In this document: positions 35,860 through 44,002 of the stretch, piece by piece
Position numbering within the stretch: position 1 is the first letter of the stretch
Layout: every line of letters begins with the position of its first letter
Source of the DNA: a virus
Lineage: Duplodnaviria; Caudoviricetes
Length of the DNA: 48,040 nucleotides
Virus record (IMG/VR): IMGVR_UViG_3300010400_000027
Coordinates: 1 to 48,040 of that record
Direction: 5' to 3' (one strand)
The notes under the pieces: generated by a model
Database searches by the model: none
Told to the model about the DNA's origin: nothing
What the model saw: only the letters and a program-made list of their open reading frames with translations
Program-made: the position numbers and the translations under genes

Positions 35860-37507
35860 ACATACCCCTAATATCAGCCCCAATATCACCATGTTTAGTC
35901 ATAGTCTGAAATGCTATTCCAATAACTTTATTTTTCTTTTTTCCATTTTCATCATTAACTTCAACCATAGGTCTAATAGGTGGATCTTGAGGCGATGTAG
36001 ATGATCTAGCAGTATCGAGGCAAGGGAAATAAGTAGTACGCATCCTACCATCAAAATCAGGGAGTGCCATGAGATACGTGCTAATACTTTTTCTAACTCG
36101 TCGTCCTTCGAGTATAAGTTCGATGACTCGTCTATGTGTCTCATTTTTTACTTTTGGACTATTTAATAATTCGGTTAAATCTTCTTCTCCTGTACTATTT
36201 TTGGGAGGTAATTTAAAGTTCTCAAATAGTAAGAGAGAAATTTGTTTTGGACTGTTTACATTTACTTCTGTACCAACTAATTTAAATAGGTCATATCGGA
36301 CTTGTTCATCCCATCTGATATACTTTCGTATTAGTTCATCGCGTTTGGCATGATCAATGGCGAATCCTTGATTCTCGATATGAGCATATAATTCAGGTAA
36401 TTTCATTAAGAAGTTTTCATAAAAGTCTCTCTGCTCTAATTCATCTAAATCCTTATCCATATTTTGATCTACTTCATATGTGATACAGGCATCTCTTGCA
36501 CAACCGAGTAATAAGTCAGAGATACTTCCTTGGTACATTTTTTCATCTTTATAGAAAGGTTCTTCAGTATAAATACTTGTGTTGAATGCAAGTCCTTTAG
36601 GTAACTCTGGGTTGATAGCATGTGCCTTAAGCATGGTATCAGAGTAGAGCTTTCTAATAATGAATCCAAGTCGTTTGATTTTATCTCGATCATAATTGAA
36701 ATTCTGTCCGATGATTTCTTTTTCATATAATATTTCAGCTAATATTATCCAACATTGAACTAAATCACTATCTGGTATGGATGATATACCATCTCGATTC
36801 CATAGTGGAACTGTCATTCCGTGCTTCGCATTAAATGCTAATCCTATACACATAGGCAAACAAGTTCCATGAGCCTCAATATCTACCCCCATTCGTTTAT
36901 GATTTATATATTTATCTCTGAATTGGGCTAATTCATATGATGAATGACATATTTGTAACTGTCTTTGTGGAATTATATATTCTGGAAAAGATGATTGATA
37001 TAGGGCACGCTTAGCATCGAACATTATAATTTGTTTATTCCAATATCCCTTGAATTCAGGATTATCAGCTTGCCATGATAAATGAGCAGGATTATATGTG
37101 GGAACGAATTTGACTCCCATTCCATGAAGGATGCTACCTCTGAAATTAGTTATCTTAGTTTTTCCACTTAAAGCCCATAATGATGTGGAACCAAGCGCGA
37201 GGATACAATTGGGTTGAACTCCATTAATTTCATTTTGTAGGTCAGATATTTGTTGAGCCATATCTATTCCGGCATTTTTGGCTCTAATTGCGAATGGAAT
37301 CTTTTTATGAGGTGGAACATGATATTTACTGACTGTTGATAACCAACAACTTTCTTTTCTAATTCCTATATCAGTTAATAGTCGATTTGTTTCTCCATCA
37401 GTAAATAATTGTCCTGTTGTTAAATCCTTGTAGGTAGGACAGTCATATAGTATCATTAGTTTGGCATTAATTGGGCCTCTACCAGGTATGTATTGAAGTT
37501 CACTCAT
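35849..37507 (-). CDS. polA: family A DNA polymerase, N-terminal part: UDG-like domain + 3'-5' exonuclease + thumb
   Basis: GRGPINAKLMI...PNCILALG...RGS...PTYNPA (UDG family 4-like); GVDIE, QNFNYD, DTML (exo); NVNSPKQ, DGRMRT, TARSS. Confidence 0.9.
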   Translation of the reverse strand: MSELQYIPGRGPINAKLMILYDCPTYKDLTTGQLFTDGETNRLLTDIGIRKESCWLSTVSKYHVPPHKKIPFAIRAKNAGIDMAQQISDLQNEINGVQPNCILALGSTSLWALSGKTKITNFRGSILHGMGVKFVPTYNPAHLSWQADNPEFKGYWNKQIIMFDAKRALYQSSFPEYIIPQRQLQICHSSYELAQFRDKYINHKRMGVDIEAHGTCLPMCIGLAFNAKHGMTVPLWNRDGISSIPDSDLVQCWIILAEILYEKEIIGQNFNYDRDKIKRLGFIIRKLYSDTMLKAHAINPELPKGLAFNTSIYTEEPFYKDEKMYQGSISDLLLGCARDACITYEVDQNMDKDLDELEQRDFYENFLMKLPELYAHIENQGFAIDHAKRDELIRKYIRWDEQVRYDLFKLVGTEVNVNSPKQISLLLFENFKLPPKNSTGEEDLTELLNSPKVKNETHRRVIELILEGRRVRKSISTYLMALPDFDGRMRTTYFPCLDTARSSTSPQDPPIRPMVEVNDENGKKKNKVIGIAFQTMTKHGDIGADIRGMYVP

Positions 37508-37851
37508 CTTTAATTTCTATAAAAACTGATTGTAGAGGTTCAATTTCTACGATACCTAAAATTTCAAATTCATGATCATCCCATCCCTTATCGACAATAA
37601 CTATTCTAAAATCGGGATTAGTCCATTCTAATTTTTTGAGAAGTTCTCTTACAGTCATATTTCAATATCCATTTCAATTCGTGGTAATTACCAATAATAT
37701 GGCATTAAAAGATTGTCATCATTATATACATTATACCAAGGTCCAGATCTATAATATCTAATTCGTAGCACCTTAGGAAAAATATGTGATAAACTTCTAT
37801 ATAATTTTCCATGGTAAATAACTAAATGATAATTATCAGGGTGTCTTATAA

Positions 37852-38106
37852 TCATCTGATACGAACCTTAATCAATTCTTTGAGATATTCATAATTAGGA
37901 TTGAATTCGGCATTAGGAAGAACTAGAATATCTGAAAATTCCATTCCATCTACGTGAGGGAAATCAGTTATAATGAAATATTCCTGTCCATCATTCCCTA
38001 TTAATCTTCGTTTCGCGCCATTGATCTCACGAATTTTATACATTTTGATTAATAGGTCAATTGCATTAGTTATGCTATCATTTAATACGGCGACTGGTTT
38101 ACTCAT
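37852..38106 (-). CDS. hypothetical protein
   Basis: ORF with GGTG RBS. Confidence 0.55.
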   Translation of the reverse strand: MSKPVAVLNDSITNAIDLLIKMYKIREINGAKRRLIGNDGQEYFIITDFPHVDGMEFSDILVLPNAEFNPNYEYLKELIKVRIR

Positions 38107-38273
38107 TTAATTTCACCAAGGATATTCATAATCATGCATTTCCCTTAATTGACCTTTTCTTTGGTTATATATTTCGATATTTCGTTTTATAATATGTTGA
38201 CATTCTATTACATATGTATCTGGATTCTTAATTTTATCTAATACTTTTAATATTAATTCTAAGTCTTTTTTAG

Positions 38274-38474
38274 TCATTTTGTTTTCTCAGCATAGATAGA
38301 TTCTAATTTCATTGCTTGCGCTTCAGTCAAATTCCATCCAGCGGCTAATTTAACTTGAATATCTCCAATAAATCTTAATTCCCAATCATTTAAATCATCA
38401 GATGCTTCATCTACAATGGCATCACACCATGATTGATATACATCTATTTTGAGAGGTTTCCAGATTTCACTCAT
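38274..38474 (-). CDS. conserved phage hypothetical protein
   Basis: LNDWELRFI.DI.......LT..Q...L..IY motif. Confidence 0.65.
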   Translation of the reverse strand: MSEIWKPLKIDVYQSWCDAIVDEASDDLNDWELRFIGDIQVKLAAGWNLTEAQAMKLESIYAEKTK

Positions 38475-38715
38475 GATTTAATTTATCCAAGGCATCCTGT
38501 CTCGTTACACAATTATAGACATTCTCATTAGAATGAAATGAATTCGCTAATTTGAGATTTTCACTAACTAGTCCATTTGATACGGTGAAATATTGAGCAG
38601 TCTTATGTATGGTCCATGATGTGAATCGCGAGGACATACCGAGATGATATAGTTCCATTATCATTATTTTCTCTTGCCATGTCTTACTACGATAATACCT
38701 GTCTCTAAAAGTCAC
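38467..38715 (-). CDS. hypothetical protein, possible HTH
   Basis: WTIHKTAQYFTVSNGLVSENLKLA resembles an HTH; GTG start. Confidence 0.55.
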   Translation of the reverse strand: MTFRDRYYRSKTWQEKIMIMELYHLGMSSRFTSWTIHKTAQYFTVSNGLVSENLKLANSFHSNENVYNCVTRQDALDKLNHE

Positions 38716-38716
38716 A

Positions 38717-38941
38717 CTATTCCATCTGACCTATAACTGATTGGATCTGTTCTTTTATTTTATTTATTTCAGTTTTAATTATTGCTGCTTTATAATTACT
38801 TAGTTCACGAATCCATGGATATTTAGATGGAGAAGTAATGAATATAGTTTTTTGACCGGTAATCCGCAATAATTGGTCTATATTGTATTGAGCACCAATT
38901 ATTCCGAGTCCCATTAGTTTTAGTAGATTACGACGATTCAT
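38717..38941 (-). CDS. small protein with twin-arginine-like N-terminus
   Basis: MNRRNLLKLMGLGIIGA. Confidence 0.55.
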   Translation of the reverse strand: MNRRNLLKLMGLGIIGAQYNIDQLLRITGQKTIFITSPSKYPWIRELSNYKAAIIKTEINKIKEQIQSVIGQME

Positions 38942-39228
38942 TCTAAAATAACCTCAATCTTAATCGCCCTTATTCCTTTATCTGGAATTTCAGTAGGAAT
39001 AAATGAAACTTTCATTCCTTTCTTTAGTTCATTAAATTTCAATGTATCTTGTTTTAGACTTGTCCAGTGAAAAAAGATACGTGTAAATGGAACATCTTTG
39101 GATGAGATGAATCCCCATCCACCCTTCTCAGGATCATTAGCTACTTTAATTATCTTTCCTATTACTCTTTTTTCAGATTCATTAGATTCCATTGTCTTAT
39201 CCTTGAGGAATTCCCATAATTTAGTCAT
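38938..39228 (-). CDS. cold-shock domain protein
   Basis: GGWGFIS, IFFHWTSL, LKKGMKVSF, KGIRAIKI. Confidence 0.85.
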   Translation of the reverse strand: MTKLWEFLKDKTMESNESEKRVIGKIIKVANDPEKGGWGFISSKDVPFTRIFFHWTSLKQDTLKFNELKKGMKVSFIPTEIPDKGIRAIKIEVILE

Positions 39229-39428
39229 TTTGATTTCTTTGATTTAATATATTTGGGTCTGACTAATCCAAAATAATCAATTATTACTTCCTCCATAACC
39301 CAGGACATCGACTTATTTTCCTGTTTTGCTATAATTCTAAATGCTTCCTTTATTTGTTCAGGTAATCTACTTCCGAATGTAATTCTTGATCTTCCATTAG
39401 ATAGTCTAGGTGCAATCATTCTTTTCAT
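39225..39428 (-). CDS. ribbon-helix-helix regulator
   Basis: ITFGSRLPEQIKEAFRIIAKQENKSMSWVMEEVIIDYF. Confidence 0.7.
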   Translation of the reverse strand: MKRMIAPRLSNGRSRITFGSRLPEQIKEAFRIIAKQENKSMSWVMEEVIIDYFGLVRPKYIKSKKSK

Positions 39429-39448
39429 TAATTATCTCTAGTGAAAGC

Positions 39449-39599
39449 GGAAGTCCCCTCATTATACGTCTCATTTATGAGCTACGTTTCGGGGACTTCC
39501 TATCATCACATACCTAGTTTAATGGTATGCTCTGGCCCACAGTTGGACTCTGCCTTATTCATTTATCTCGGCAGATACCATTAATTCGATATATGATGA
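39449..39599 (-). ncRNA. structured intergenic RNA candidate
   Basis: Stems GGAAGTCCCC/GGGGACTTCC, TTAATGGTAT/ATACCATTAA, TCTGCC/GGCAGA, TCATCA/TGATGA. Confidence 0.5.
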
Positions 39600-39602
39600 A
39601 TT

Positions 39603-39728
39603 TTAATCATCGGTCAATTCAGAATCAGGTTCTTCATCAGCATCATCATCTAGTTCTTCATCATCAGTTTCGATTTCATTATCCATATCGATAATTTCAT
39701 CATCTTCAACTTTATTTGGTTCAGTCAT
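39603..39728 (-). CDS. 41-aa highly acidic peptide
   Basis: AGGAG RBS; MTEPNKVEDDEIIDMDNEIETDDEELDDDADEEPDSELTDD (23 of 41 residues D/E). Confidence 0.7.
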   Translation of the reverse strand: MTEPNKVEDDEIIDMDNEIETDDEELDDDADEEPDSELTDD

Positions 39729-39750
39729 TTTATTCTCCTAATTAGTGAAA

Positions 39751-40185
39751 TTAAGCAGGAACTGATTGCGAAGGCATAGCAGTAACTTCAGATTTAATCG
39801 GCCTATACTTATGGTTTACTCGATTCACAATACGACCCTGATAAGTATCATTCTCTACATAGACATCTAGTTCTCTACCTTCGGCAGATTTCAGATCAAA
39901 TCTAACTCCGGCTTTAACTTCCACTCCGAATGACTGTAGGAATCCAACTGCGAATCCCATCGCTTTACTATTGAAATTCCAATCAATTGGTGTATTAGCG
40001 AATTCAGTATCACCATTATCTCCATTGAATAGAATAGTTCCTTCAATTGGATAATTGGTTGATGGTGCTTTATCGGATGGTTTAGCGGGGGCTTCGCCAA
40101 CTGAGTCTATACGCATTCTATACCATGACGGTTTGACTACTTCTCCACGCAATACATCGCGATCTGAGAATTGGATGATAGGCAT
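39751..40185 (-). CDS. single-stranded DNA-binding protein (DUF669-like)
   Basis: VKPSWYRMRIDSV...VYVENDTYQGRIVNRV; follows the Sak4-like ATPase. Confidence 0.65.
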   Translation of the reverse strand: MPIIQFSDRDVLRGEVVKPSWYRMRIDSVGEAPAKPSDKAPSTNYPIEGTILFNGDNGDTEFANTPIDWNFNSKAMGFAVGFLQSFGVEVKAGVRFDLKSAEGRELDVYVENDTYQGRIVNRVNHKYRPIKSEVTAMPSQSVPA

Positions 40186-40197
40186 TACTTGCTCCGC

Positions 40198-41037
40198 TCA
40201 TTTTACTAATGTTTGTGTTGTTGTGAATGATTGATTGGATGATTGGATTCTTTCGATAGGTTTCTCCATTTTAAGTTTGTCTATGGCAGGTTTAATCCAT
40301 TTTTCGAATAGTGGTTCGTTATTAAATTCTATTTTCCTTTCTAATGGAAGTGAAGTTCGGGCATAATCATTTCCGGTATGAACTGTAAATAGTCCATACT
40401 TACCTTCTCCACTATCTACATTAAAATCGCTGTCTATATTGAAATGATAAACTTCAGTCATATATGAAGCGATTTTACCTGATATTTTATCTCCTCCAGT
40501 TATTATTACTCTCGAATGGTGAGTTAGTTTATTTGTATCATTACTTTGTCTTTGCCCTACTACGTGTGCAATTAAAATAATATTCACTTTATGATATTTA
40601 TGAATATCTTTTAAAATTGCCATTAAATCTTGAAATGCGGATGATTCAGCATTATAATCTTCGATGCTATTTGTACTAATTCCACCTACTTTCTTTCCTT
40701 TATCATCAGCAGATTTGAATTTCTTAGTTTGGCGATTCATGTTATCCGCGATTGATGTAACTGAATCAATTATGATTGTCTTATATGGGCAATTAAGTTG
40801 TAATTGTTCAAGTCGAGCGCGAGGACTACTCCAATCTGTATAATCTTCGTACTCTATATTCTTTGGATTTATTCCCCATTTCTTCATTGGTAATACTAAT
40901 GCTTCCATCTTTTGATCTGTACTTATCCAAAATTGGGGAGCAGGATAACTTAACGCTTGTGTTGATTTTCGAGTTCCAGGCTCTCCTTTTAGCATTGTAA
41001 ATAATGCATCAAAGGAATAATTGTCCATGTTAGGCAT
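40198..41037 (-). CDS. Sak4-like AAA ATPase / recombinase
   Basis: GEPGTRKS Walker A, TIIIDSVT Walker B, NIILIAH. Confidence 0.8.
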   Translation of the reverse strand: MPNMDNYSFDALFTMLKGEPGTRKSTQALSYPAPQFWISTDQKMEALVLPMKKWGINPKNIEYEDYTDWSSPRARLEQLQLNCPYKTIIIDSVTSIADNMNRQTKKFKSADDKGKKVGGISTNSIEDYNAESSAFQDLMAILKDIHKYHKVNIILIAHVVGQRQSNDTNKLTHHSRVIITGGDKISGKIASYMTEVYHFNIDSDFNVDSGEGKYGLFTVHTGNDYARTSLPLERKIEFNNEPLFEKWIKPAIDKLKMEKPIERIQSSNQSFTTTQTLVK

Positions 41038-41394
41038 TCATTCACCAATAATCAATAAAGCTGGATTTAATGTTTTACCAGACTCATTTGCAATTTCACC
41101 TTCATTTCCTATTTGAATCCTTAAATTATGCCAGCGTCTCAAAATATCTCCATATTCCCAAACATCTGCAAGAATGGCTACTGCACATCCATACATAAAA
41201 CCTGTAATTCCATCAGTATCAGCATCTCGACTAGTAGATTCCGCTATATCTTCTAATTTTTTACCATTTGCTATTTCCCATTCCATATAATTAGCCCAAG
41301 TTTCAGTATATGTCATAACACGATGACCATAAGGTTCAGTAGGAGGATTACTATCATTGGCTTTTTTCCAACCTTCTGCATCTTTAAGTTTCAT
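41038..41394 (-). CDS. conserved phage hypothetical protein
   Basis: DGITGFMYGCAVAILADVWEYGDILRRWHN. Confidence 0.7.
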   Translation of the reverse strand: MKLKDAEGWKKANDSNPPTEPYGHRVMTYTETWANYMEWEIANGKKLEDIAESTSRDADTDGITGFMYGCAVAILADVWEYGDILRRWHNLRIQIGNEGEIANESGKTLNPALLIIGE

Positions 41395-41704
41395 TTTATT
41401 TTCCTCTTGTTAGACCAATTCAATTATAGATTTAATTCCTTCTAATTCAAGTATGGCACGCTTAAATTCAGCTGTAGTTAGAAATTCATATAATTCAAAA
41501 TGATATCTTCCATTCGATTCATAAGTAAGTAACCATTTAGTCATTAACTTCACTCCTATGATTTGTCTCGTCTCGCATCTTAAACATTGGACCATACAGT
41601 TCTAATCGACGTAGTAAATAGGAATGAATACAATAGACTATATACGTGTATAGTGCTATTCGCATTGCATCTCCTATTATTCCTATTATTGTGGGAGTCA
41701 TTAT

Positions 41705-42790
41705 TTATTCTATCTCTGTTTCCTCATTTGTTGGATTCCATTCAGGTCCAACAACAAACAATTCTCTGATTTTTGATTCGCGATTATTCGGTTCTTCCTC
41801 ACATACTGGTAAGAATGCACAATTACCGAACTTAGATTCACAATGGTCGAAATTGGGAGGCCAATATCCACTCTCTGAATACATCAATAGTAACTTAGCA
41901 TAATATGGTAGGATTTCTGATTGCCATTCCATCAATCGATTTTCGCTATATGATATTAAAGATCGTTTAAACTTTTCTTCGGGTTTAAGTGAGGTTTGAA
42001 ATCCGACTTTATTTATTATGGCGTTATGAGTCTTCATTATGATACATTGACCAATGAACTGATTATTCATTGATACTGTAGTACGATTCTGTTTCATCGT
42101 CTTATGATCAACTGGATATATTCCTTGATTAGTATCGACTCCCAAGTCTAGTTTCGCTTTCCACAAAATACGAATTTCATCATCCTCATATAGGACTTCG
42201 CCCTTGACAGTCTCAACAAATAATGGAATCCAATGATCATTTTGATAGAAATCTACATATTGTTGGCATGTTTCTAAGACCCAGGCCCATCCAGTTTTAT
42301 ACTTTTCGCGAGGATTTGACTTGTCTGGTTCTTTTGGAGTATTTTTGACTCCTGGGAATTCATTGATTTTATGTCCACAAATTGGTTTTATTATTTGACC
42401 GATTCGATTACATTCCACACAATATGGTTTAGTTTCTTCATTACAAGCTGGACATAAATGAGGAGTGAAATCAGTACAATATTTGCATCCACTTATATAT
42501 GTCTCGGCTGCTGCCATACCATATCCAATCGCATCGGACCTTTTAATTCCTTTAATTAGTGAACCATAATAGTATTCCATGAATGTATGGACTATTGAGC
42601 CACATTCTAGACTATTTGATTTACCATCAATCGATGTGAAATTATGATTGAATCTAAAATCAGTCAATCTAGGGCATGACATAAGTGATGTTAGTAATGT
42701 GGCATCCATTATTATATTGGATTTGCCTCCTAATGGTCTATCTACTATTGTATTTATGTCAACTTCACTTAATGTTCTTTCGTCAGTCAT
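41705..42790 (-). CDS. PD-(D/E)XK (Cas4/RecB-like) exonuclease
   Basis: CPR...GSIVH...VE...KLDL...VDHKT...C-terminal C....GNCAF..VC Fe-S-type cysteines. Confidence 0.85.
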   Translation of the reverse strand: MTDERTLSEVDINTIVDRPLGGKSNIIMDATLLTSLMSCPRLTDFRFNHNFTSIDGKSNSLECGSIVHTFMEYYYGSLIKGIKRSDAIGYGMAAAETYISGCKYCTDFTPHLCPACNEETKPYCVECNRIGQIIKPICGHKINEFPGVKNTPKEPDKSNPREKYKTGWAWVLETCQQYVDFYQNDHWIPLFVETVKGEVLYEDDEIRILWKAKLDLGVDTNQGIYPVDHKTMKQNRTTVSMNNQFIGQCIIMKTHNAIINKVGFQTSLKPEEKFKRSLISYSENRLMEWQSEILPYYAKLLLMYSESGYWPPNFDHCESKFGNCAFLPVCEEEPNNRESKIRELFVVGPEWNPTNEETEIE

Positions 42791-42981
42791 TTAATTATTC
42801 CTTCATCTTTAATGAATTCGATTAGTTCCTGTTTAGCTTCTTCTATTCCATCCATTTTTGAGGGGGGTGAATCTGTATAAGAATCTATGGCTAATCTTCT
42901 AACATAGATTTCAAGATAATACATAAACATATTAATTTTATGATCACGTTGATCTTTTTCTAGTTCTTCATTATGAGTCAT
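42787..42981 (-). CDS. hypothetical protein
   Basis: ORF with ATGA overlap. Confidence 0.55.
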   Translation of the reverse strand: MTHNEELEKDQRDHKINMFMYYLEIYVRRLAIDSYTDSPPSKMDGIEEAKQELIEFIKDEGIIK

Positions 42982-42992
42982 AATAAACTCGA

Positions 42993-43220
42993 TTAGATGA
43001 ATTTAGTTCCTTTAGGAAAATAGATTGATCGTCTGACATCATTAGGAATATAATATATTATTTCAATTACCTCTTTGTCTCTGACTAGTTCATTTAATGA
43101 GTTATTAAATTCGTATGGATTGAATGATGATGGCCCAATATGGCTCATTATATTCATTACTAATTGAACAGTTTTGATTCCCTGATGTGAATTAATTGAA
43201 TTAATTATTAGTTGTTTCAT
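42993..43220 (-). CDS. small winged-helix-like protein
   Basis: LNELVRDKEVIEI...SIYFP. Confidence 0.5.
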   Translation of the reverse strand: MKQLIINSINSHQGIKTVQLVMNIMSHIGPSSFNPYEFNNSLNELVRDKEVIEIIYYIPNDVRRSIYFPKGTKFI

Positions 43221-43423
43221 AGTTCATTCTCATCTATTGGTTCATATGCATCATCTTGGATTGGTCTCGCTGAATTAGGATGTAATTGATTCCATCGATT
43301 TGCACAAGCACGACATAATGGTTCTCGAATTCCATTAACTATTAATGATGGCACGGTATGAGGATTAAATGATATTACTCCTTTACATGCGATGCAACGT
43401 CCATACAATATTGCATATCCCAT
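43217..43423 (-). CDS. small Zn-finger protein
   Basis: CIAC...CRAC. Confidence 0.6.
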   Translation of the reverse strand: MGYAILYGRCIACKGVISFNPHTVPSLIVNGIREPLCRACANRWNQLHPNSARPIQDDAYEPIDENEL

Positions 43424-43695
43424 TATTTCTCACGTTCTTCTTTGAATATTTCATTCCATTCATGTGTAGTATAGCCAGTTAGGATGAATTCACGTTCATC
43501 ATCTGTAAATGATGGAAATGCATTTTGAATTAACATTCCTTTCATTTGCCAGTCATACCAACATTGACTTATTTCATCAATGGGTATATTTACAACAATA
43601 GATTTCTTATTCCAAGTAATTAGAGTCTTTTTTCCAAAATCATCAGTCCTTAGTTCGTAATCTTCACCCAATTTATTAATTCTATGAAGAATCAT
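43423..43695 (-). CDS. conserved phage hypothetical protein
   Basis: GMLIQNAFP....DEREFILTGYT..EW. Confidence 0.7.
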   Translation of the reverse strand: MILHRINKLGEDYELRTDDFGKKTLITWNKKSIVVNIPIDEISQCWYDWQMKGMLIQNAFPSFTDDEREFILTGYTTHEWNEIFKEEREK

Positions 43696-43913
43696 TTCTC
43701 ACCTCGATATTCTTCCCAAGTATCACATCCTCTATCTGCCATTCCTTGTAATCTTTCATTTCGAGTCATTCGATTCATTGACTTATGATATTGTCTATGG
43801 CTATATTCGGCCCGGCATGTCTCGCATAACTGATTATTTTCAATAGGAATCTTTTTACATCCAGGTGTGATACATTTATTCATTTTATTCATCCTTGGGC
43901 CATAATTTTTCAC
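43692..43913 (-). CDS. small Cys-containing hypothetical protein
   Basis: CITPGC...CETC; true start probably at an internal ATG. Confidence 0.55.
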   Translation of the reverse strand: MKNYGPRMNKMNKCITPGCKKIPIENNQLCETCRAEYSHRQYHKSMNRMTRNERLQGMADRGCDTWEEYRGEK

Positions 43914-44002
43914 AAATTAAAATGAGTACATCTAAAAGCATTCTAGTAATGGTTATGTATATCATTCCCCATAATACTCCAATTTGGTATTCACTCATTA
44001 AT

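Noticed and set aside
39470-39512. Hammerhead ribozyme (GTGATGA...GAAAC on the - strand)
   Set aside because: Core would need CUGAUGA, and stem II cannot form between the two motifs
39524-39537. Additional sigma54 box TGGTATGCTCTGGC
   Set aside because: GG-GC spacing is 9, not 10; it is part of an RNA stem
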